This document shows, in pieces, positions 47,136-60,428 of a stretch of DNA of 64,000 nucleotides. Position numbers and translations under genes: made by a program. The notes under the pieces were generated by a model. That model saw only the letters and a program-made list of their open reading frames with translations, did no database searches and was not told the origin of the DNA. Numbering within the stretch: position 1 is the stretch's first letter; every line of letters starts with the position of its first letter. The DNA lies in the NCBI RefSeq assembly GCF_021028975.2, contig NC_059426.1, positions 76,694,001 through 76,758,000 of the forward strand. The letters run 5' to 3'. Source of the DNA: Sphaerodactylus townsendi (lineage: Eukaryota).

Positions 47136-50070
47136 GCATTTATAGTTTTAAATTTTATAAATAAACCAGTTCTTAAACCATGATAACTTTTGTCTCCTCC
47201 TTAACACATGATAAAAGTGAGTCTGAAGCCTATTTTATTCTCCATAAGCCACAATCCAACGTCAGCATTTCAATATTCTGTCTAGAAATAACAGACGGAG
47301 CAGCAGACTTCTTCAAAGGATGCACTGCTACCACTTTCAGGTGCTGATCTTCATGCTTACTCTAATGTTGCATTTTTGCACGTGCTTGTTTATTTTAGGA
47401 ATTGGTGTTTGGCTGAAATTTAGTTTCTAAATCTTATTCCTAGGATGGAAGATGCTCAAAATGGATTTGGTAGTAATATTACCATGCTCATTCATATTTT
47501 ATTAATTTAGAGACTGTGCTTGGTGAGTATTAGTAGTACTGGCCTCATCACATTCAAGTTAGCAGTTCAGAAAACTAGACAGTAAAATGCCTTTGGGAGA
47601 AATTCTAGGAACAATGTAGAGCTCAATATAATAAGCTAAAACAGGATTTACTTCCAAATGGAGGATTTACTTCCGAAAGGGAATGCAGCTAATTTCCATC
47701 TATTTCCTTGCATTACCAGAAAACTACATCTCAGTGTCTCAACGTTGTTGGTTTCCAGATGAATGGGATGCTGTAGTACTGACTGAATTGGAGATGACCT
47801 TTTCCATGGTCTTACATTCTTAATTTTTTAAAGTTAACAGATTCACATGATTCAAGTGGTGGAGAAAGATTTCTATTAGTATTCCTAATACTCAACCTGG
47901 CAGTTGAGTATTTGTGAGAAATAATTCTGTATGCCGTGGGATTTTTAATGCCATTTTAATATCCCCTGGAGCTAAATGATTAAGTATATCTTGCAAACCT
48001 GGTTTGACTATAAACAGTATAGAGTATTGAGGTTTGTTTTGTTCAGCTGCCTTTGTGGAGTAGGAGCAGGGTGTGGCTGTTCTGACTGAGTTCTTAATGT
48101 AGTTCAGTAGTCTGTATAAATCTTTATTATACTTAGTACTGGTGTTGAGAATAGAACAAATTGGCGTCTGGAAACAGCACCGCCCTCCTAAAATGGAATT
48201 GTGAGTTCTTGGAGTTTGATTTAAAGGGACAGTAGTAGCAGAAAGAAAATCGCAGATACAAATATTTTATCCAGTTGTTAAGAACCTTAGTTTAAACTGA
48301 ATTGTATCAGAATGTGTACAAACCAGCCAGTTGGATTAGCAAGGGGCCAGTGAAACCTTCCTTGTTCCCGAAACAGGAGAAGTTTTTTCCTTAGTATCTA
48401 GAGTTCACTATTGTTGTCGTGAAAAATAATCAGATCATTCCATCACAGAGTGTATTTAAATAATGATAATTACCACAGCAGCCAATCAAGATGGCTCTAA
48501 GTCAATCAAGCAATTGAACTAGTGTATGCTTCTAAGACTTCCATGTGAACAGAAGCTAAGTTACTGGATATCTAGCTTCTTCTGTACTTTACTGATCAGT
48601 ATTTAACAACTCAGCTGAGCTTCACACAACTGCTAAGAGAATCAGGCTTGCTTTGTTCTACATAAATCCTGAAAAATGTGTCATGTTGCCTGTACAGGCA
48701 TAAGCAGTTGTTGTTAGGACCCAGTTAGCTTAAGTGCTGCCCATTTACATCAATAATCTCTTTGTCACTGTACCGTAAGCGTTAGCAGGGAGTTAAATAG
48801 TGTTCATGTTAACAAAAGAAGCCAAAGAAGAACACTTGTTTTACTTCTGTACTGTTCTGAAACTTTTGGTATGGGCATATTACACATTATTACTGTCCCC
48901 TAGATTTTCCTCAGATGTGGAAAATTGGGTTCAAGTTTAGTAAATTTATCATGATAGATCCTTTGCGAATTCCCCTCAACACTTATCAAGATGTTGATAA
49001 AAAGTTGTTAGGATGGCCTGGCAGATTTCTTCTTCCTTCCCTCCTTTAAACATCCTGCTTGATGAAAGATCTTGAAAGCTTGCACATTGTTGTTTTGGTT
49101 GGTCTTAATAAATGGACTTACATGGCTTTTGGTTTTTGATTTTAATGATCCAAACGTTTACCTACTTTATTGTTTCACATTATTGTCTACAGGCACATCC
49201 ATGGAAGGCTGTCACTAAAGTGACATTTTTGTATTCAGCAACTGAGATGTGGGGGATATATTTGAATATTTCTGCTCCAGCAAACATACATGTACATAAG
49301 GGGGCGCACATAGAACCAAACTAAAAATAATTACAATTTTTTACAAATTATTTGCATAATTTCCCTTTGATTTTAAAAAAATGAAAAGTAACCACTTGAG
49401 GCTGCAGTCAAAAATAGGACACAGGAAGAAAAACAGAAAAAAATTCCTCTTTTTTCTTGATGTAATACCTGAAGAAGAGGTTTCTATTTGTGATGTATGT
49501 TATCCAAAGCTACACTGCTGTCTTCAGTATATCGTTAACATGTGGATATACAAAGTTGAAGTCAAGTACAAAGGACTCCTGTAAGACTCTTGCCTTGTTA
49601 CCATCTGCATTTCTTCAGCCCACATGAAATAATACTACAAAATCTTTTGAATCTCGTCAGTGCATCAGGCTACACATGCAACCACCTAATCGGTTTCTGG
49701 ATACCCCATTAAATCAAGGTGCATAGATAGAAGACTGGCACAAATACTTTTGTTCTCAACTGCTTCTCTGTGTGAAAACCTGGCATTTTGACCTCTTGAG
49801 GTCTTCATATGCCTTGATCTAGGCAGGAGGTAGCAACTATTTAAATTTTTGTTTAATGTTCAGTTTCTGGTAAGTAATTACACATTTTTAAAGGAACTTC
49901 CTTTTTCCAACTGTTCCAATATAATTTCCACTCTGGTGCTTTGGATTTGGTTGTGGTTTTAGTGAAAACTTTTACAATGTCAAAATTTGGTTTGTGTGTA
50001 ATACATACACCATGTGTTTGACAGCTAAACAGTGGCTTCGGTCCGTCAATATTATGGTAGGTATATAGAG

Positions 50071-50219
50071 CAGGAGTCGGCAGACTCCAGGTTTCTCCAG
50101 GATAACATGGACTACAATTCCCATCAGCCCCTGCCAGCATTGCCAATTGCCATGCTGGCAGGGGCTGATGGGAATTGTAGTCCATGACCATCTGGAGAGC
50201 CGCAGGTTGCAGACTCCTG
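50071..50219. mobile_element. Palindromic hAT MITE
   Basis: Exact TSD atatagag; TIR caggagtc / gactcctg; internal 35-bp perfect stem catggactacaattcccatcagcccctgccagcat. Confidence 0.9.
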
Positions 50220-50305
50220 ATATAGAGGCTTAGCTTTTTTAAAAAACCTTTGTAGCTTATGGGAAGCCAAATAAAGTTGTTCCCCAATATTTCAATACAT
50301 TACAA

Positions 50306-50530
50306 CATTGCATTATGCAAACCTGAGCTGGATGGCCCCGGCTTGTCCGATCTCATTAGATCTTAGAAGCTAAGCAAGATTAGCCGTAGTTAGTAGTTAG
50401 ATGGGAGGCCACCAAGGAATATCATGGTTGGCAAAGAAAGCTAATCAACGGCAAACCACCTCTGGACATCTCCTACCTCATGAAAACCCCACAGAGTTAC
50501 CCTAAGTAGGCCGTGACTCAATGGCAAATA
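50306..50530 (+). mobile_element. 5S rRNA-derived SINE (SINE3 / 5S-Sauria-like) with an RTE-type tail
   Basis: ccgatctcattagatcttagaagctaagcaagattagccgtagttagtagttagatgggaggcc is a decayed 5S internal promoter; tail ggcaaaccacctctg...tgaaaacccc; 12-bp TSD aatacattacaa. Confidence 0.85.
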
Positions 50531-53500
50531 AATACATTACAAAAATGTATTTTATTGATCCCCAAGATGTTGCTTCCTGAAGTGAAATGCATTTTCAAAA
50601 CTCAACTATAGAGTAACTTTTTGGGTAAGTTTTAAAATATCAAAGAAATCAAGATCAAGGGCAGGGAAGAAAACACACAACTCACAGTGAGGGGGAAACG
50701 CCATTTTTCTTTTGCAAAGTCTTTTCTTCCCTAAGTTCTTTGCCTGGTCTTTCTCTTCGTGGTACTACCATTGGCTTGGTTTTTTTTCTCCCTCCCAGTC
50801 ATCTATGCTTCTGAAAACTTTTTAGTAGTTTTCCCTTGTCTCCTCATTTATGGTCCTTTCCACAAAACACAAAAAAGACATTTGTGAGTTGTCTTAAAAA
50901 GAAATGATTGCCTCTTTTTAGTTCACACACCCCAAATAAGACGTCTGGAGGTGTCTTTCCAGACAGCAAAGGTGTCAGAGGGGAAAAGAGGCTGTTTCCT
51001 GCCCACCCATTTTGCTTACTGGTCAGTTTCACCTTCAGCTTACGCCAAACTTTTTGTGTGCAACTGAAGGGATTCTCCCTCCCCCTATTTGCTGCAAGTT
51101 GCTCCAGGACACGTGCTGTGCGAGCTCTGATCCTGGGCGCTTTCTCCACCCAAAAAGTACATAGTTGTACTCAGCTGGTCCTTCTGGTTTCAGCAAATAT
51201 AGTTTTCCAGTTTTTAAATAAATTGATCAGCTATCTCCGTAGCTACACAGACACACATATGAGAATCTTAGCTGCTCAGAAGATTTGTTTTCCTCCCACT
51301 GAGAAACATTGGATTGATCTGCCTTCCTCAGACTGACAAGCTTTTAAGTTTTTCTGTACAATAAGAAAAAAGTTGCCAGTCCACATAGGGCAGGTCAACC
51401 CATTGCTTCTCAGCGGGAAGTAGACGGGTCTTCTGAGAGGCTAATATTCTAATATTTCTGACTGTGTAGCTATGGAGATAGCTTATATGGCCCCAGACAA
51501 ACTGTCTCTCTCATTGCATTTCTATGCCTGAAAGGAGGAGCAAATGATACGGTAAAAACCATGACCATTGTAATTATGTATAAATTACATAGAGAAATGA
51601 CTGATTTATTGCAGCCATTGTAAAGCTTCAATATGTAACACTGTCTTACCCACTAACATGAAATGCTCTCTAGCTGTCATTACTGAATAGTAAAGGTAGC
51701 TAATGAAAAAGTTAATGGAGAGGCCATTTATACATTTTAAGTATCTCACGAAAGGGTTGAGCCCCACAATTTGGGACATTTCAGTCATTTTTATTATTCT
51801 TTATATGATTTGCTCTTGCCATGCTCTTCTGTTTCTTTTCTTTCTTAACTCTCAATCTCATAATTTGAATTTTTATCTTTATGGTCTTAATAAAACATGA
51901 GATCTATGTGGATTGAAATAAATTTCTCTGCTTTCTTAAATTCTAACCTGTTTATTAGTTCAGTCTGTATATTTCTAAATATAGATTAGTTGGTTTTACC
52001 TGCTGTAGAAGATGGAGGGATCTGAAGCTGGTGAGAGGATCTGAGGGGAAGGTGTTGATAACATGTACAAACTGTAACTTCCTAATTCTAGTTGGTTTTG
52101 CATGTTAGAAAGTGTTTGCATAGAATGCAGGGCAACTGAAACAACACTTTGAAGAAAAAGCATTATTCTAAAAGAAAACAAGGCATTTTTCAACTTTTCA
52201 AAGTGTTCAATTTTTCTGTTTGGAAAATTAAAGACTTGTAAAAAATGGGAGGAATTTTTTTTTTATTTTCAATCAGTCTTTGCATAGTGTGTACTTTCTC
52301 TGATTCTGAAATTAGGGAGACCAGGCAATGTACTCTAATAACAGTAGCTTTAACTTTGGAATGAATACAATCTGCCCTCCAATGAATGTTTATATGTATT
52401 TTTTTAAAGCTCATAAATTGTTTTTTAGAATGACTAAGATATTTAATAATTTATGTGGACACCTGGCTACTTTTAATGTTTCTAGCAATGTGTACTGTGA
52501 AAGTAGAAAATAAACTAATTTAATTAATTAATTTAATTAGCTTAGTGATAGTGGTAGATCAGTGGTACTATACTGTTCAGGTTGCTTTTCAGGACTTTGG
52601 CAATCACTACCTCTTGTCACCTGAAGTAATCTCTTTTCATTTTCAGGGATTAGATGATGCGAAAGACCTCTGGCTGACCCTGGATAGCCACTGTCAGTCT
52701 GAGTTGATCGTACTGACTTTGATAGGCCATTGGTCTGATAGCAGGTTCATGTGTTTGTGTGTGTCAGTAACCAGGTTCTTGGGATGGTATCTGAAGTGTT
52801 ATTATTCTTTACAGAAAAAACTGAATTCAGTTTGCCTCAGCTGACATTTGGCTGAGGCTGTAAGAATAATTGAAAGCACCATCTTGAGTAAGGATTTAAA
52901 TGAATATTGTTTGTTCTCTAGTCTTAACCCATCTGTTGTAGAGACTTTGCTTGGTCTTAAAGGCAGTTGGTTCTTAGCTGAATTTGACTGGAACAGGTGG
53001 GGGGATTTCCTTGCTCCCCCAAACAGCTGTGCTGTTTTGATTATTCCTCTCTTTCCCATCTTTGTGCAATTGTTTGTGCTGTACTCAGTCAACAGAATCA
53101 TGTGGTTCAATGAAGGGTGAGGTATGTCTTGTTAATTGAAAGCTGAATTATAGCTCCAACTTCCAGTTTTCTGCTTAACATTTGAATAATCTTAAGCTTT
53201 TTCTCCTATGTGTTAGGCTAGTTTTTAAGCTGTGTTTTCCTCTGTCTTTCATCATGTGGCTTTAAAATCAGCGAGCTACATATTGCTAGAATGGGAATGC
53301 ATATTAACTATGTACTCTATAAATAACTGAAGTCTTAAACTGCTATGCCCTTTACAAAAAATCTTGGCGAAATATGTAAAATTTCTGTACAATGTGGCAC
53401 TTCCTTTTTACAATTTACCAGTTTACAGATATGCCCATATGAAGTATTTGCTCCAAAATTTACATCATTTGCTCATGAGTATTATAGTTTAGAAGTCTAC

Positions 53501-54748
53501 ATTGATATAATATGTAGACAGTGTCTATATACATTGTCTATATATGCTCTAGAATTACAAAAAGCCCAACCCAAATCAGGTACATAGTCATCTCTCTCAG
53601 CCCTGGTTTAATGGGCACCGGTTTCCTGTAATGGACCAGCTACACACACTGTTATCCACTGATTCATTGATACTGGGCACAAGCAGCAGGGGGACAACAG
53701 CAGGGAAGCAAGCTCAATATGCAGTGCAGCTTGAAAGCACAATTACTGTTCCATATCCAACTGATTGCAAACCAGTAATAACTGCACAGTTTTAATGGAC
53801 TTTGCTATGAAAGTATCTGTAAAAGTCAATATTACTCCTAAATATTCTGTCCGAATAAATTAAAGTCTTTTTAATTGGTCAAATTTGGGCACAGACATCT
53901 GGTTTTAGTAGCACTCATTTACCACAATTGGAATTTCTTAAAATACCTTTAACATACTACACATGCTATTCAAATGTTGATGAAAAACCGGCAGGCAAAT
54001 TATGAGACTTTTAAAAAAATCTTCAGAGTTACTGGTATCATTGAAAAAGATAGTATTGTCCACTGAAGATCTGTTTGCCTGTGCAGATTTTTTTAAGCTT
54101 TTCTTTGGCAATGGGTGCCACTGCAAACAAGGATCTCCACTGCATGGCTGATTGTTAGTCTCTCTGTGTGTGTGTGTGTGTGTGTGGTGTATAGCTATGT
54201 ATATCTTAAATGACATCCTGTTATATAGAATTTCTGCTTGAAATGTAATGTTGAAAAACTACTTCGAGAGTATTGTGTAAACTCACTTCCTGACATTTTC
54301 ATTTTCCTGACATTGGCTGCCACAGGAGGGGATTGTTCTCACCGTTCTGTCAGAATTCTAAGGATGCCACAGCATCAAAAAGATTAGGGACCCCTATTGT
54401 ATAATAGCATAGCTAGAAGACATGAGACATTGTTGATATGGAATAATTAAACCAGAACCTCAGTACTAGTTGAAAGCTTCAACACAAATCACTCACTGTA
54501 ATTCTTTCTTAGGAAATAAATAGTAACCATTCATTTTTATATTGCACAAAGGCAATGATTTGCTGATGAGCATGATTGAATTGATTGGAGAGTATATCAA
54601 GAACTATGCTAAACTGTTGAGCTGGGTTTGTAGGATTTTTTTTCATTGTCTCCACCTACCTGTTGCCTTTTCTGCTTGATTGTAGCTCTCTTCTCCTGAT
54701 GCACAAAGACTATGAGATCCCCCTTATCCTGGAGAGGAACTTAATGTA

Positions 54749-55845
54749 CCGTATATACTCGAGTATAACCCGACTTTTTCAGCATATTTTAATGCTGAAA
54801 AAGCCCCCCTCGGCTTATATTCGGGTCTTATGCTCGAGTATATACAGTATTTATATACAACTGTATGTGCCCTAGTCTGTGCTGATGACCTCACACCAGC
54901 TATAGCTGAAGCTCTGTTTGTGTAACCCAGGGTCCATTGGGGGAGCTAAAGAGCTCAGATTTTCCTTATAAGGAAGAAAAGGCTCCATTTCCTCAGAATT
55001 GTTAAGAGGAGTTCAGTTGTTATGAACTATATTTGCATATTTCATGTATGAGAGTATTGGTATTAATTGTTGAGAAGGGGATATTGTGTATATTGATTGA
55101 CTATTAGTTTGTATTTTGGTTTCCTGTTATAAAATGTTATCATGGATGCTATATAAATATTATTTTCCTCAGAATTGTTAAGAGGCCTGTAGCTGGAGCC
55201 AGTCAACTTCACAGAGTTCAGTTGTTAGTTTGTTTTGCATAGTAGGCCAGAACTATTTTATGTTGATTATTGTTTCTGTATTGGTTTGCCATATTAAATT
55301 GTTATACTGCACACTATTGTTTATGAAACAGAAAACAGATTTAAAGTTTCTTTTGTTGTAAGTCTGGTGAATGTTAAGGGTCACGAGATGGGATCACACT
55401 GTCAAAGACTTGAACTCCTTTTCCATTTCTGATAATATCCCTCTTAAAATCTAAGTTGGGTTACATTTGGACATACAGATGATAAGGAGGAATCCAGATT
55501 TGAAGGATTTTAACTCTTGTGTTTTAGCTTGGTTGCTGATTGAGCTACGGTTTTTGTACTTTTAAAGTTATTGTTGATACCATATTGTTTTTGTTGACCC
55601 TCTTTTCCGCTTACAGAGCTAGTTTACTGTTTTTCTTTGAAATAAATATTCAACAACATTTAACCTACTGATGCCTCAATTAATGTAATTTTATTGGTAT
55701 CTATTTTTATTTTTGAAATTTACCCGTAGCTGCTGCATTTTCCACCCCAGACTTATACTCGAGTCAATAAGTTGTCCCATGTTTTTGTGGTAAAATTAGG
55801 TTCCTCGGCTTATATTCGGGTCGGTTTATATTCGAGTATATACAG
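54749..55845. mobile_element. CCGTATATACTCG-family Tc1/mariner-type pieces: a 99-bp mini element (54749-54847) and a terminal segment (~55480-55845)
   Basis: TA-flanked TIRs; ~55610-55845 is the reverse complement of 1561-1795. Confidence 0.75.
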
Positions 55846-56039
55846 TAATCCTTTGTGATTGATGAAATTGTGATACAATTAGTGGATACCAAGGATTACA
55901 CGTCATGATGCTCTGAAATTCAGATACCAAAGTACTTCACTGTTCCTAAGAAAGGTGGAGATTTCTCCCCTATCCTCAGCCTTAGGGGAGAGATCAACAA
56001 AAACCAAAACCAAAAAATTCAGGATGATGACTCTAGCAT

Positions 56040-56333
56040 CAGTGGCGTAGTGGTTAAGAGCAGGTGCATTCTAATCTGGAGGAACCGGGTTTGATTCCCT
56101 GCTCTGCCGCTTGAGCTGTGGAGGCTTATCTGGGGAATTCAGATTAGCCTGTGCACTCCCACACATGCCAGGTGGGTGACCTTGGATAGTCACAGCTGTT
56201 TGGAGCTCTCTCAGCCCCACCCACCTCACAGGGTGTTTGTTGTGAGGGGGAAGGGCAAGGAAATTGTAAGACCCTTTGAGTCTCCTACACGAGTGAAAGG
56301 GGGATATAAATCCAAAACTCTTCTCTCTTCTTC
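56040..56333 (+). mobile_element. Squam3-type SINE (long subfamily)
   Basis: cagtggcgtagtggttaagagcagg...ggatataaatccaaaactcttc. Confidence 0.92.
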
Positions 56334-56869
56334 ATCTGTTCTTTCCTTTGTAACATCAAGAGCATAGTCTGCTTCTATCAACTTCAAAGTTGCCCACTTC
56401 TCCATTTCAGTTTGGAGCACAGCAAGGAGCACTTGAGGCCCACGGTGGTGGTTCTCAGCACACAGGTGAGCAGGAGGCAGCTGGAGAGCGCAGCACACTT
56501 CATCCGCTGCATCTTCTCTGCCCCCTGCACCTCCTCCTCCACCTCCCTGGCTAGCCCCTCACTGTCTGTGCTACCTTCCCCTCCCTCCTGTCCTTTGAGT
56601 CACTATAAATGCTCTTTTATAACTGTCCCATGCTTAATAGTACAAAGAATGATGGTTCTTGGATGGAAGTAAGTATAAGTGTTTCTTTAAAAAAAATGAA
56701 ATGTTTCAATGTCCATAGGATATTTCTGTGGGACCTGATATATCCACCCGTGGAAGGCACTACTTTCTCTTCTGCTGCAACACTATGACTGCACTTTTAT
56801 CTTTCAGTATTAGAGTATAGGTATATAACATCTGGATTTAAGTTGTTGCATTTAAGACTTGTGCATGTT

Positions 56870-57409
56870 TTGATTCTGGATCCCTCAAGCTCCGCAAGGG
56901 CGATGAAGCTGGTTCCCTCGACCCGGCCAGGGCTCTTTACTGGCCATGTCTAAGGCCCCTGCCTGGTGGAAATGGTCTACCTTAGTTGTAAAGCGGTCCT
57001 ATGCGCGACCTTTGGTGAATTCTCGCAGGGCTTGTAAAGCGATCTGAGCTATTCCATCTAAGCTTTTGGAGGCCTGGCTGCGGCTCATTGCCTGCTGCCC
57101 CAGCTTGAAACTGGAACTAAGCTGCTCTTTCCCATCTCTGGTAGGGCCCTGCATCTCCCATCCTGGGCCCTGCCTTCTCCTCCCATCTCTTTTGGCCTTT
57201 TAGACCTGGGCGCCTGTGGGTTTCTTACACAACCTTGTTGTTTAATTCTATTTATTGTTTAATTGCTGCTGAATTGTAATGGGTTAGATTTTATGTTATA
57301 TTGATTTCGTCGTTCTCGGAAACAGTTCATATATGTGAGTCAGCCTACCAGCCGCTTTGGGGGGAGGCCGAGCTGCCATAAAATTTATAATTAATTAATG
57401 AATTAATAA

Positions 57410-57410
<1 letters not shown>
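56870..57410 (+). mobile_element. L2-like LINE 3' fragment (indel-rich sequence)
   Basis: cctcgacccggccagggctctt...ggcccctgcctggtggaa...gagctattcc...AT-rich 3' UTR ending in (ATTA/AATA) repeats. Confidence 0.6.

Positions 57411-57490
<80 letters not shown>
57410..57490. repeat. (GACA)n microsatellite, ~20 units
   Basis: Direct reading. Confidence 0.97.
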
Positions 57491-58791
57491 GTTAGTTGGG
57501 AACTGGGATTGCCAAAAAGATTAAGTCTATATTTCTACCCATATGAGGCCAAAGAAGGAAGTTGCAGGGAAATAAAACAGATCAGCAAGGAAATCTCATA
57601 ATAATAATAGCACAGTATGGGCCAGGTTATGACCTCATGCAACCTAGTCTGGACAAGTTGGTGAACCTATTCTGCAGCTACCCGCAGAGCTCCTGATTAT
57701 GCCTGACCTCGTCTTACTTTGTGTTGCCCTCAGCTTGACTGAAGCCACAAGTTGAACAATGTTTGGTTTAGCCTGATCTGAGGAACAGACCAGCAGAACT
57801 GCTTTTGTTAAAAGTGGCAGCAGTTGCAAAAATCAGCTGTTTTTTTGGTTAAATATTTGTGGTATTTAAATCTTGGTTTCTTATAACAATTTTGTCTTAG
57901 TGACAGCAAGACTGACCTTTTCAAAGGACTCTGTTTCTAGATAACATTTACTACAACTTCTAGGGTTGCGGTTTTGTACTGGTTTCTTTCCCTACTAGAT
58001 ATGGAATAAGGCAAACGAAGGAAGCACTAGTGTTTAAGTATGCACCGTACACTAAGTGCTCACTTCTTAGTATAAAGAGAAGATCATTTGATCTGCCAGC
58101 ATGACATAGTTCCAGCACATAGAGTTTTAGTATGTGACACAGAGGACAGACTGCTTGTATTGGTTTTACTGTCAGTTCTCATTTTCACACAGCTCAGAGA
58201 CTATGAATAAACAGATCCCACTGGCAGGATGTCCTGGTTTTAACAGCTTCATATGTTAGATTTGTCTGCCCTGGAGTAAAAGATGCTTTACATATTGGGC
58301 CTTTGCTGTAACATAAAACAAACCCTGCTGTGTTGCTGAGGGTTCCAATTATCATGTCTTTATACAACAACTTTTGTAGGTTAAGTATGTTTTATGCATG
58401 TTTATCTGTAGTAGATATTAGAGTCCAAACCGATAGTCAAGTGCAAGCCTGTTTTTCTCTAATCTGTTGGTTAAGATGCTGAGATCAGTCCAGAGTAAAT
58501 TAAGCCAAAATGTTTTTTGCATCCACCTGTGCTGTAGTTCTAAGTGTTATATGTGGTAAGAATGTGTAGGATACCTTGGGTTGGAACCTACTGTCTCCAG
58601 TCAAGGTGAAATTTAAATATAACATGGGCTTTGGTCCAACAGAGCCCTCTTTAATTGAATAAGAAGTGTCTCCCTGGTTGGTACCTCATGCTGAGGGTAA
58701 AATTGCAAACACTTAGAAGTTAATTGGTTCATACAGCTGTCAGTTTTAGTACCCTTTTCTTTGACTCCAGGTGAAGCAGTTTATCATGAAT

Positions 58792-59128
58792 TAGGGGTCC
58801 CAAACCTGCAGGTCTCTTTCAAATTCTGACACACCATGGTGGACACAACTACAAAATGGCTACCACAGGAGGCAGAGCCAACCACAAAATGGCTACTGCA
58901 GTTTTCCTTCAATCACACAGTGAAGATTCATGTTTTGTGGTGGCAGCCACTACGAAAGCACTATTTTAAAATATCTGTACAGCTTATAAGGTCTCCAATG
59001 GCCAATCAGAAACCTTGCTGGTGAGAAGCCCCACCTGGCCCAATCCATTTTCTAAAGACTTGGCATGTGCCAGGAAAGTTGTCAGTGGGCACCATGGCAC
59101 CCACGGGTAACATATTGGGGATCCCTGT
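58792..59128. mobile_element. Old hAT/Charlie-like non-autonomous element (related fragment at ~13100-13460)
   Basis: Termini taggggtcccaaac / attggggatccctg; acaaaatggct repeats shared in reverse with 13417-13460. Confidence 0.5.
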
Positions 59129-59334
59129 CATAGGTAGTGGCTTTTGCAACTGCTGGTACTCCAAAGCTCCAGTTAGTTCCTTTGTGAGTGATGTGGTGTT
59201 TCCATTTTATCCCTCCAAATCTGTAGCCTAGTCAGAGGAATAAAATGCTCTAAGTTTGCTTCCCTTCAGCCCTTTTGAGGAAAGCCCAATGTTTACCTGC
59301 ATGGTCATATATATGAATTTGAGGGTATCAAGAT

Positions 59335-60290
59335 TAGGCTTGGAGATTTGGGTGCACCAAATCCTGGATTTGGTTCAAATCTGGGCATATTCGGTGCAAA
59401 ATCAGCCAAATATGTCCTGCCCGAATATGAACGAATTTGAATGCAAGGAATTCGAGCTTTTTTTTGACATTTTTGGTGGTTTTTGCATTTTGGCCTGCAG
59501 GGGGTGCATTTTTAAAGCTAGTAGCGCCAGAATTTCAGAGCATCATTCAGAAACTCTCCTGATGATGTCCCCCAAGTTTGGTGAAGTTTGGTTTAGGGGG
59601 TCCAAAGTTATGGGCCCCCAAAATGGGTGCTCCATCCCTCATTGTTTCCAATGGGAGCTAACAGGAGATGGGGGCTACCTTTTTGAGGGTCTATAACTTT
59701 GGACCCCCTGAACCAAACTTCACCAAGCCTGGGTGGTATCATCAGTACAATCTCTGGATGAGACTCTGAAAGTTTGGTGTCAGTAGCTTTAAAAATGTGC
59801 CCCTGACAGGCACCCCAAGAAATTTGCCCAGATTCTCTGTTCTGCAGTTCTTTGGCTCCATTGTAGCCAATGGGGAATTTCTGAGTGTGTAAGCAGGCTG
59901 CACATTTTTGAAGTTAGAGGCACCAGACTTTCAAGGTGGCTCCAGGAAGCTCTCCTGGTAATAGCATTTGGTGAATTTGGTGAATAGCAGGCTTGGTGAA
60001 TTTTGCTTCTGGGGGTTCAATTTTATGGGCCTCCAAAAGGCTTATTTTGTTTCCCCGCTCCTACACATGAAACCTGCTGGCTGATTTCTCTGAGAACTCT
60101 CTCAGACCACCCCTCTTACTGCCCCCAGAAGCAAAGTTCACCAATACTGGATGCTATTACCAGGAGGGCCTCCTGGAGCCACCTTGAAAGTCTGGTGCCT
60201 TTATCTTCAAAAATGTGCAGTGTGCACAGAAATTCCCCATTGGGTACAATGAAGCCGTTGTAGAACACAGAATCTGCCAGGCTCTTCAGC
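59335..60290. mobile_element. Non-autonomous DNA-transposon-like element carrying the ggaccccctgaaccaaac module
   Basis: tagg..attcgg/ccgaat-type end followed by copies of the module seen at 3620-4130, 5790-6040 and 38040-38260. Confidence 0.6.
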
Positions 60291-60428
60291 AACTTCTATG
60301 GTGGGAAAAATTAGATAACTTTTCTCACCATAGACTTCAGCGGGCTTTAATGTTATGCCCAGCTGGCTCTGTGCTGGAGATTTGGGGAGGGCTTGGGGGA
60401 GGGGGTTGTTCTGAATAGCAACATCTAA

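Noticed and set aside
50335-50420. 5S rRNA gene
   Set aside because: Diverged, incomplete and fused to a LINE-like tail within a TSD, so it is a SINE.
52650-52705. C/D-box snoRNA (atgatgc...ctga)
   Set aside because: Imperfect C box, no terminal stem and no recognisable rRNA guide.
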